Assembly: GCA_016789025.1 (NCBI GenBank) | Contig: JAEURC010000013.1 | Span: forward strand, 94 to 64,093 | From: Anaerolineales bacterium | Lineage (GTDB): Bacteria; Chloroflexota; Anaerolineae; Anaerolineales; Villigracilaceae | Reading direction: 5' to 3' | DNA: 64,000 bases | Part shown: one piece after another, positions 57,054 to 64,000 of the stretch | How positions within the stretch are numbered: position 1 is the first letter of the stretch | Layout of the letters: every line of letters begins with the position of its first letter | Position numbers and translations under genes: made by a program | The notes under the pieces: generated by a model | What the model was told of the DNA's origin: nothing | Databases searched by the model: none | The model's input: only the letters and a program-made list of their open reading frames with translations

Positions 57054-58341
57054 AGAAATCTTCGACCAACTCCCCGCCGACGAACAACCCGTCGCCGCGA
57101 AATTAAATTCAGCGGCGAACAACATGAAAGTTCCGCAAGACTTTCAATGGACATTGGAGACTCAATTAATGGACGCATATCAAAACAGATCACAGCCTGC
57201 AAAAGGCTGGTTTGCAAAACTCGTCGTGCCTGCGGCATGGACGTTTGCCGCCGTGCTCGGATTCTTTTTGTTCAACTGGGCGATCCGCTCGATCATTCTA
57301 TCTGAACAAGCGCCTGGCTCATCGAACACTGAAATTCCTTCGTCGGACACTTTTGAATCGAATGTGAGACAGGGAAATATTTGCGAAGGTCCGCTCGCGC
57401 TTGCGCACGGATTTTCGGTGTATGTGACGAATCAAAATAAGACTGGCTTCATCGAACTGGACGATCAACGCGCCATCGGTGAGTTACGTTCTTTCGCGTG
57501 GTCGGAGGATGGTCAATTGGCGGTGGTTGGGAATACAACGGGCACGGGCATCATTTACCTGTGGAATCCAACAGACAATTCGCTTTCGCCAGTCCTATCC
57601 AACTCGGAGTTAGGCTACCTCATGGATGTTGCGTGGTCGCGCGATGGGAAACAGCTCTTGACATGGTCAAGTCAAAATCAAAGCGTATATTTGATTAATG
57701 TGGACGGAACAGGTTTGATCGAGAGAAATTTTCAACTTCAGTTGTTTGCAACTCCTCAATTCGCACCCGACGGCAACAGTATGTATTTTTATGGAGCCGC
57801 CGCAGGATTCACATCAGGTTTATTCGAATTCAAATTCGATGATCGGGAGATGATCCTTGTCAGTTCGCTCGTGGAGGACGATACCGCATTTGCATGGTCG
57901 CCTGATGGTTCGCTCCTCGCCTACTTCGAAATGGATCGAAGCATGGGCGAGGCGCGTTTGATCAAGATAGGCAGCAGTCCATCTGTACAAGTGATTGCTA
58001 CGTTGCCCATTCCAAAAGGTTCAGGCTCGTCCATCCCCGATGTTGCCAACCTGAGTTGGTCAAACGACGGAACAAAACTCGTTTTTGAATTTGGCAGAAG
58101 CGCATCAGACCGCGTGATCTATCTGGCATACGCAGATGGCTCAGGATTGATCAAATTAGTTGAGTCGGCTCATGCGCCAACAATTTCATCGGATGGAAAT
58201 TGTCTGGCATACATCAGTGATAAACAAGTCTTCCTGCTGGATTTGAATTCCGATGTACCCGTGCCGATCGTGTTGGCAGAGTTGCCAACTGGGCGATCCA
58301 TCCCTGATTTTCGGTTGGATAAATTGCAATGGAAGCCATAA
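57046..58341 (+). CDS. Putative anti-sigma factor with TM helix and TolB-like beta-propeller ectodomain
   Basis: ATG overlaps the sigma stop (ATGAATAA). TM AAWTFAAVLGFFLFNWAI. Repeated W-S-x-D-G blades (FAWSEDGQ, VAWSRDGK, FAPDGNS, FAWSPDGS, LSWSNDGT, ISSDGNC). Confidence 0.7.
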   Translation: MNKEIFDQLPADEQPVAAKLNSAANNMKVPQDFQWTLETQLMDAYQNRSQPAKGWFAKLVVPAAWTFAAVLGFFLFNWAIRSIILSEQAPGSSNTEIPSSDTFESNVRQGNICEGPLALAHGFSVYVTNQNKTGFIELDDQRAIGELRSFAWSEDGQLAVVGNTTGTGIIYLWNPTDNSLSPVLSNSELGYLMDVAWSRDGKQLLTWSSQNQSVYLINVDGTGLIERNFQLQLFATPQFAPDGNSMYFYGAAAGFTSGLFEFKFDDREMILVSSLVEDDTAFAWSPDGSLLAYFEMDRSMGEARLIKIGSSPSVQVIATLPIPKGSGSSIPDVANLSWSNDGTKLVFEFGRSASDRVIYLAYADGSGLIKLVESAHAPTISSDGNCLAYISDKQVFLLDLNSDVPVPIVLAELPTGRSIPDFRLDKLQWKP

Positions 58342-58368
58342 CCGGCGCTTATCTTTGGAAGACATAAT

Positions 58369-58434
58369 CAGTAGATCACGAAAGTTCAGGTGACACAGCA
58401 CAACTACGTCAAGAACCGTTTTCGTGAAGTACTG
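58369..58434. repeat. Family-C palindromic element, copy C2
   Basis: CAGTAGATCACGAAA ... TTTCGTGAAGTACTG termini. The interior differs from C1. Confidence 0.65.
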
Positions 58435-58438
58435 ATAA

Positions 58439-58569
58439 TAGACTTTATCGGTAATAAGCAAAAAATCCGTTTTGGACGCTGATGAACGCAGAAAAACGCA
58501 GATTTTTTCTTTTGAATCAGCGTGAGTCAGTGTTTATCTGCGTCCTAATTTTATTTCCGATAGAGTCTA
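58439..58569. repeat. Family-A element, diverged copy A3 (inverted relative to A1/A2)
   Basis: TAGACTTTATCGGTAATAAG...TTCCGATAGAGTCTA. The interior matches the reverse complement of A1 at most positions by eye. Confidence 0.75.
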
Positions 58570-58643
58570 ATATAAACTTAGCCAAAAAAACTGCGCGCGT
58601 CTCGTCCCCACATCAGCCTCAGCAATTAATCTCACCCCTACAC

Positions 58644-58690
58644 TCTCAATTCTCTATTCTCTAATTCTCTATTCTCTATTCCCTAAATCT
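58644..58690. repeat. Tandem ATTCTCT-type heptamer/octamer array
   Basis: CAATTCTCT ATTCTCT AATTCTCT ATTCTCT ATTCCCT AAATCTC, ending at the der stop codon. Confidence 0.75.
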
Positions 58691-60063
58691 CACTCCCTCC
58701 TCCCCTTCGTCACGATTCGAATCGGCGTTCCCAAAAACCCATACTCCTCGCGGATCTGATTTTCCAAATATCTCACGTAGGTAAAGTGCATCAACTTCGG
58801 ATCGTTGACATAGATCATGAATGTCGGCGGGTCGGAACGGACCTGCGTGCCGTAGAACATTTTCAGCGCGCGCCCCGCGTGCGTAGGATGCGGATGCGCA
58901 TCCTGCGCTTTGTGAATCACCGCGTTGATCTTCGAGGTGGTCAAACGCGCGAGGCGCTCCTCCTGCACGCGCAACGCCATCGGCAAGACGGTATCCACGC
59001 GCTGGCCAGTTTTCGCCGAGATGAACAACAACGGAACATAATCCATAAAGTTCAAATCGGAGCGAATCTTGCGCGTGTATTCGTCCATGGTGAAGGAGTC
59101 TTTTTCCACCGCGTCCCACTTGTTGACGACCACCACGCACGACTTCCATTGCTCGAGAATGAACCCCGCAATATGCGCGTCCTGCGCAGTGATGCCTGTG
59201 GTGGCGTCGATCATCAGCAGGGCAACATCGGCGCGTTCGATGGCTTTGAACGAACGCAACACGCTGAACTGTTCCACGCCGCGCTCGATCTTGCCGCGTT
59301 TGCGGATGCCGGCCGTGTCGATGAGCGTAACCTGCAACCCTTCCATTTCAATGAGCGTATCGGTCGCATCGCGCGTGGTGCCGGGGATCGGGCTGACGAT
59401 GGCGCGTTCCTCGCCCACGAGTTTATTGAGCAGGCTGGACTTGCCCGCGTTTGGCTTGCCGACGATCGCGATCTTGATGCTCTCATCCTCTGCAGCCGCT
59501 TCCTCCGCAGGGAAGTTTGCCACAACCACGTCGAGCAGGTCGCCGGTGTCGCTTCCGTGCACGGCAGAGACCGGGTGAGGCTCGCCCAGCCCCAACTCGT
59601 AGAATTGACTCGCCGCATCCCGCGTTTCGCGCGCTTCGCATTTGTTCGCCACCACAAGGATCGGGGGGAAGAACGAACCATCGGGCAACTTCTTTTGCGA
59701 GCGGCGCAAGATGTCTGCCACCTCGAGATCCGCGCCGGTCACGCCGGTTTGCCCATCGTTGACGAACAGGACCACATCCGCCTCGTCGATCGCGGCTTGA
59801 GCCTGCGCGCGGATATCCTCGATAAAATCCGCCGAGCCGACCGAGAGTGGCGCCTTGGCGCCACCGCCGTGAGTCGGGTCGATGCCGCCGGTGTCGATCA
59901 CATGGAAGGCGCGCCCATTCCATTCCGCTTCGCCGAACAGGCGGTCGCGTGTGGTGCCGGGCGTATCGTCCACGATCGCCATGCGTTCACCGACGAGGCG
60001 GTTGAATAAAGTTGATTTTCCAACATTGGGTCTACCCACAAGGGCGACAATAGGTTTAGGCAT
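58690..60063 (-). CDS. der: Ribosome biogenesis GTPase Der (EngA)
   Basis: Two G domains (GRPNVGKSTLFNRL and GKPNAGKSSLLNKL) plus a KH-like C-terminus. ATG 60063 (MPKPIVALVG). Confidence 0.95.
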   Translation of the reverse strand: MPKPIVALVGRPNVGKSTLFNRLVGERMAIVDDTPGTTRDRLFGEAEWNGRAFHVIDTGGIDPTHGGGAKAPLSVGSADFIEDIRAQAQAAIDEADVVLFVNDGQTGVTGADLEVADILRRSQKKLPDGSFFPPILVVANKCEARETRDAASQFYELGLGEPHPVSAVHGSDTGDLLDVVVANFPAEEAAAEDESIKIAIVGKPNAGKSSLLNKLVGEERAIVSPIPGTTRDATDTLIEMEGLQVTLIDTAGIRKRGKIERGVEQFSVLRSFKAIERADVALLMIDATTGITAQDAHIAGFILEQWKSCVVVVNKWDAVEKDSFTMDEYTRKIRSDLNFMDYVPLLFISAKTGQRVDTVLPMALRVQEERLARLTTSKINAVIHKAQDAHPHPTHAGRALKMFYGTQVRSDPPTFMIYVNDPKLMHFTYVRYLENQIREEYGFLGTPIRIVTKGRRE

Positions 60064-60124
60064 ATATGATTTCCGATTTACGATTTCTGATTGACGAATT
60101 TCGATGTGCGATTGATGATCCGCG

Positions 60125-60172
60125 CTGTTCACTGATCACTGTTTACTGTTCACTGTCCACTGTCCACTTTCC
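60125..60172. repeat. Tandem heptamer array (YCACTGT x about 6; GACAGTG on the gene strand)
   Basis: CTGTTCACTGATCACTGTTTACTGTTCACTGTCCACTGTCCACTTTCC between the cdaR stop and the der start. Confidence 0.8.
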
Positions 60173-60175
60173 AAT

Positions 60176-61417
60176 CTACGGTTTCGGCGTTGGGGTTGGC
60201 GTGCCGGGGATAGATAGTACCACTTCAACGGCGCCGGGCAAAATGGATTCGACCAGCACATTCTCGACAAGGATTTCGATGGTGGGCGTGAGTTGATATG
60301 TGCCTGCGCCCAGCCCGGTCACATCGATATTGACGATGATATCCTGCGGGGTCAGCGCGTCGAGCACAGGCAACGGACCCGAGATGATCACATCCACAGA
60401 TTGCGGCGAGACCTGCGCGGCAAGCCCGTCACTCAAGCCAATCACGTTGATGGGTTGATTCAACAACGTTACGCTGGTTTGAATCGGTGAAACCTCAACC
60501 GTCACCTGCACGGTTTGAGCGCCAACAATGCTGATGTTTTCCGGCAATAACAGCGCCAGCCGCGTAGAGATGGTTTCCTTCGCGTCCTGTAGATCGAGTG
60601 TTTCGGTTTCGATCACGCCGGGCAACGCGTTCACCAGTTGCGGGTCGGAGGCGAATACGGTGATTACCGGCGGAAACACCGAAATATTTTCAAGCCGATA
60701 CCCTGCCGTCACCTGCCCGCTAACGACAACCTTCACCGCCACATCGCGGAAACCGCCTTGCTGGCTAACCGGAATGGTGACATGAATCGACGAAGGATTA
60801 ACCGACACGCCATCCACGACCGCGTTTTGCGCATCGAGCGCCAGCACCGGCAAAGCTTGATCGATACTCTCGCGCGTGCCGGAGAAACTCAACAGGATGC
60901 GCGCCCGTTGCACCTTCTCGACCAGCGATTCGGGACCGGAGATCACCACCTCGGTCACATCGGTTTGCGGGTCTCCGGCTTGATAGCCCACCGCCGGCTG
61001 TCCGCTCAGCGAGAGGTCGATGGGCAGGGCGCGGGTGGCGCGTCGTTCAAGGGTCACTGAAACAGAAACAGGGTCCGAAAGAACGAGTTGCATCGGTCGC
61101 GCCGCGATCTGAATCTGGATATCCTTTTTGTGTTCGCCCGCGCTCAAGTTGGAAATATCCAGGATAGCGCGGATGGAATTTTCCTGCGCTGAGATTCGTT
61201 CCCAGACCGAGCGCGGCGCGCGCAAGGTGACAGCAACTGTGGATGGGATTTCACTGGTGATGATAAGCGACGGCTCCTGCCCGACGATTTCAAGCGGCAC
61301 TGCAATCGGCGAGCGGATCTCATCCGGGTCGGCGGCGGTGACGGCGGAAATCCATACCGCAACGGCGAGGATGAACGCGAGGAGAATTGTGCGTATGTTC
61401 GTCGCAAGCCAGCGCAT
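60176..61417 (-). CDS. cdaR: YbbR-domain protein (CdaR, regulator of diadenylate cyclase)
   Basis: N-terminal TM, then repeated YbbR-like beta modules, and a PT tail. The ATG 61417 follows the cdaA stop directly. Confidence 0.8.
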   Translation of the reverse strand: MRWLATNIRTILLAFILAVAVWISAVTAADPDEIRSPIAVPLEIVGQEPSLIITSEIPSTVAVTLRAPRSVWERISAQENSIRAILDISNLSAGEHKKDIQIQIAARPMQLVLSDPVSVSVTLERRATRALPIDLSLSGQPAVGYQAGDPQTDVTEVVISGPESLVEKVQRARILLSFSGTRESIDQALPVLALDAQNAVVDGVSVNPSSIHVTIPVSQQGGFRDVAVKVVVSGQVTAGYRLENISVFPPVITVFASDPQLVNALPGVIETETLDLQDAKETISTRLALLLPENISIVGAQTVQVTVEVSPIQTSVTLLNQPINVIGLSDGLAAQVSPQSVDVIISGPLPVLDALTPQDIIVNIDVTGLGAGTYQLTPTIEILVENVLVESILPGAVEVVLSIPGTPTPTPKP

Positions 61418-61418
61418 A

Positions 61419-62273
61419 TTATTTATCCCTGCGAAAGAATCGTTGGAACCAGACTTTGCGCGGCGTGGAAACATCGGTCTGATAAAACGCAACGAGGATA
61501 TTTTCGAGCCGCTCCGGATCGATGCGGCGAATCATGCGCCCGGCATGCGCGATGGAGATCGAACCGCTCTGCTCAGAAACGACCACCGAGACCGCATCAC
61601 TCACTTCGGAGGAGCCGAGCGCGGCGCGATGGCGTAATCCCATCTGTCGTTCGGGGTTGCGAGTGAGGATGCCGCTTGATGAGAGCGGCATTACGCACGC
61701 CGCCGCGATCACCTTCCCATCGGCGATGATTACTCCGCCATCGTGCAGGGGCGTATCTGGGTAAAAGATCTGCAAGAGCAATTCGGGCGTCACTTGCGCG
61801 TGCATTTGAACGCCGGTCTCAGCGTATTGCGCAAGGCTGTCGGTGCGCTGCATGACGATCAACGCGCCATGTTGCCGCGCTGAGAGGCGGCGCGAGGCCT
61901 CGACTACCGCATGGATCACTTTCACGATATCGGCTTGTTGCGGCTGTCCGCTTCCGGTGACGAAGTTGCCAGCTCGTCCCAGCCGTTCGAGCGCGCGGCG
62001 TATCTCCGGGGCAAATATAACCGGGATGGCGAGGAGCAGGGCGGGCAGGGTGCTTTGCACCAACCACGAGAACGCCGGCAGTTCAAAAAGCGAGGTGAGC
62101 AAGATCAAGGCAATGATGAGAAAAATCGCGCCGCGCAACAACACCATTGCTTGCGTATCGCGCAAGGTATAAAGCAATGCAAAAAAGATCAACGTGACCA
62201 GAGCAATATCAAGAACGCTGAGCCAGTTGAGACGCTCGAAAATGAAGAAAATGTTATCGAAAAAGTTCGCCAT
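61419..62273 (-). CDS. cdaA: Membrane diadenylate cyclase CdaA
   Basis: Three N-terminal TMs. DAC domain blocks HGALIVMQR, DGGVIIADGKVIAAACVMPLS, GLRHRAALGSSEVSDAVSVVVSEQSGSIS. Confidence 0.9.
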   Translation of the reverse strand: MANFFDNIFFIFERLNWLSVLDIALVTLIFFALLYTLRDTQAMVLLRGAIFLIIALILLTSLFELPAFSWLVQSTLPALLLAIPVIFAPEIRRALERLGRAGNFVTGSGQPQQADIVKVIHAVVEASRRLSARQHGALIVMQRTDSLAQYAETGVQMHAQVTPELLLQIFYPDTPLHDGGVIIADGKVIAAACVMPLSSSGILTRNPERQMGLRHRAALGSSEVSDAVSVVVSEQSGSISIAHAGRMIRRIDPERLENILVAFYQTDVSTPRKVWFQRFFRRDK

Positions 62274-62693
62274 CGGGTGGAAGTGTAATTCGTAATTGGG
62301 GATTGGTAAATGGGTTGGGAACACCCGCACATGGCTTTCTCAAAGTCCGAAACTCTTTCACGCGAAAGGCGCGAAAAGAGCAAAAGACGCGAATTTTCAA
62401 ATCCTTTCGCGAAATTCGCCTGATTTGCGTAATTCGCGTTGAGACTGCGCCGCATGATCTGGAAACCGTCAAGCTTTCCTGAGAAAATCATAAATACCCA
62501 CACAGAGCTTTGGCAAAGCCTGGGAATGACTCTTTTACGCGCGGAAGTATTCCTACTTTCACAGGGAGGTCCGTATGTCCGCCCGCAACACGAGATGTTT
62601 GTCAGACGATCATGCAAAAGCCTGAAATATCGGCAAACTTCGCGTTCAGGCGCGGGCGAGGCGCTTGATCCCCCCTTCTTTGCAACTTACCCT

Positions 62694-63827
62694 TTAGATC
62701 GGTCGCAGAACGCGGTCGGCGCGCAGTTGTTTGAAGAACAACGCCGCGCCGCGCGGCATCGATTCGCTGGCGGCTTCCATCCAAGCCTGTGAGCCCAGGG
62801 TTTCCGGCGCGCGACGTGAATAGCCGAGTCGTTTCCACACTGTGTCAAAACCCACCAGGTCCATCGGCGGGAAAACCAGCGAGGCTTCGCACTGGAGGGC
62901 ATTTGAGGCTTCCTCCACCTCATTGAGCATAAGCGGCAGTGATTTCTCTGCCGATATTTTTGGGTCGATGAAGAGATCGTCGGTGCGCGCCACCAGGTTT
63001 TCCACTTGCCAGCCTGCCACGCCCACCAGCTCGCTACCGCTAAAGAGCATGAGGAATGCTTTCTCGCCGAAGGCTTCCATCACATCGTCGGCATGCATGG
63101 CGCGCCGTCCCTTGCTCTGGCGCGAGATGAATTCGGCGATCCTTTGCGCGTCGCGGGGACGACCACGCAGGAGTAAATACGTTCCGGGCTGAGTGTCGGA
63201 TGAGGGCAGTGGACCAGTTTCCGGCTTCGGCGCGAAGCGTTTCCACTCCGCGGTCACTTGTTTCCACAGTTCGTCGTACGAACCGGTGTTTCGGATGATG
63301 ACTGTCGCCGCGGCGAGTTTGTCGCTTTGCGGAGCCTGCGCGCGGATTCGCTGTAATGCATCTTCACGGGTAAGGTTACGCTTGCGCATCAGCCGTTCGA
63401 TCTGGACTTCCTGCGGCGCGTCGGTCACCCAGATGGAATCGCATTGCTCGCGCATACCGGATTCGATCAACTTGATCGCCTCAACCACCACCACGCGCTG
63501 GTTCGCCCTGCGGATGAGTAAGTCCACCGCTTGCAACACGTACGGGTGCACGATCTCTTCGAGTTGGGCGAGCGCTTCGGCATCCGAGAATACAAGTTTG
63601 GCCAATTTGGCGCGGTCGACATTCCCTTCTTTATCCAACAGCCATTTGCCGAACCGGTCAATCGTAGGCTGGTAGCCCGGCGCGCCCTTCGAGATGACGC
63701 GATGCGCCAGCGCATCCGCATCGATGGTGTAGGCGCCGAGGTGTTCCATCATGCGTCGCACAACGCTTTTGCCGGTGGCAATGTTCCCGGTCAAGCCGAT
63801 GATCGTTTTGCCAGTTCTTTTGCTCAC
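62694..63827 (-). CDS. coaE: Dephospho-CoA kinase fused to a C-terminal extension of about 170 aa (GNAT-like?)
   Basis: IIGLTGNIATGKSVV P-loop and a CoaE-like first ~200 aa. The extra C-terminal domain has a LVGVAGWQVENLVARTDDLFIDP-type strand pattern. Confidence 0.8.
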   Translation of the reverse strand: MSKRTGKTIIGLTGNIATGKSVVRRMMEHLGAYTIDADALAHRVISKGAPGYQPTIDRFGKWLLDKEGNVDRAKLAKLVFSDAEALAQLEEIVHPYVLQAVDLLIRRANQRVVVVEAIKLIESGMREQCDSIWVTDAPQEVQIERLMRKRNLTREDALQRIRAQAPQSDKLAAATVIIRNTGSYDELWKQVTAEWKRFAPKPETGPLPSSDTQPGTYLLLRGRPRDAQRIAEFISRQSKGRRAMHADDVMEAFGEKAFLMLFSGSELVGVAGWQVENLVARTDDLFIDPKISAEKSLPLMLNEVEEASNALQCEASLVFPPMDLVGFDTVWKRLGYSRRAPETLGSQAWMEAASESMPRGAALFFKQLRADRVLRPI

Positions 63828-63932
63828 AAGGACTCCTCAAGGAAACAGTATACAACTCCTATTTTAATGTCTTTTGAAAAATAATCCAGTGAAGTTGTTC
63901 GCGTTTTCAAATTTGTCAGTTTTGTTCCCATG

Positions 63933-63961
63933 TTGACGCTCGCCTGTCTTGCGTGTATGAT
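63933..63961 (+). promoter_or_regulatory. Near-consensus sigma-70 promoter at window edge
   Basis: TTGACG, 17 nt spacer, TATGAT. The downstream product lies outside the window. Confidence 0.35.
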
Positions 63962-64000
63962 GACCTTGCCTCAGGTTGGTTGGGCGATCGCGGTGGCGCG

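Noticed and set aside
58786-60009. 407-aa + strand ORF
   Set aside because: It is antisense to der, whose two G domains are unmistakable. The translation is Arg/His-rich nonsense.
60125-60172. Possible CRISPR array (also considered for 26383-26509, 51161-51247 and 58644-58690)
   Set aside because: The repeat units are only 7-8 nt and directly abut one another without unique spacers. No cas genes or leader are present. These are microsatellite-like or periodic hairpin arrays, not CRISPR.

Overview
Chromosomal window from a moderately GC-rich bacterium. PT-rich lipoprotein linkers, frequent TTG/GTG starts and the DUF4013/DUF4870/DUF1800/DUF1501 content suggest a Chloroflexota-like organism, but that is inference only. 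I support about 57 protein genes, mostly housekeeping:
- rseP-like protease, HIT, lipB, fmt, der, cdaA-cdaR, coaE.
- glpF-glpK-glpD.
- kbl and an SDR-type threonine dehydrogenase.
- gcvH-gcvPA-gcvPB behind a tandem glycine riboswitch.
- A CDF/ZIP metal transporter pair and an ECF sigma/anti-sigma pair.
- One gene the ORF track misses: a HEAT-repeat protein at 1..625 on the minus strand, truncated by the window edge.

I saw no rRNA, tRNA, CRISPR array, cas gene, integrase or transposase.

Observations worth a second look:
1. A MNT/HEPN toxin-antitoxin cassette sits behind gcvPB, followed by a decaying duplicate of the gcvPB 3' end.
2. An 8-gene Arn-like envelope-glycan operon (two polyprenyl-phosphate GT2s, WbqC, methyltransferase, DegT-like, GT-C), plus a separate DprE1/DprE2-like pair.
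3. A permuted orphan SPPY methyltransferase is separated by an AT-richer protease islet from an unassigned ORF with a PD-(D/E)xK-like motif.
4. Intergenic DNA is densely populated by several families of palindromic MITE/REP-like elements. Some sit in frame inside genes (lipB, a 575-aa ORF, the methyltransferase).
5. There is a distinct class of short periodic 7-8 nt arrays. One forms a very long stem inside the second glycine aptamer.
6. Several small AT-rich single-gene islets are present.

Many long ORFs in the track are antisense or out-of-frame shadows of real genes, and most track starts are over-extended. I cannot point to one clearly novel multi-gene system with confidence. All function calls rest on motifs read by eye, with no searches run.
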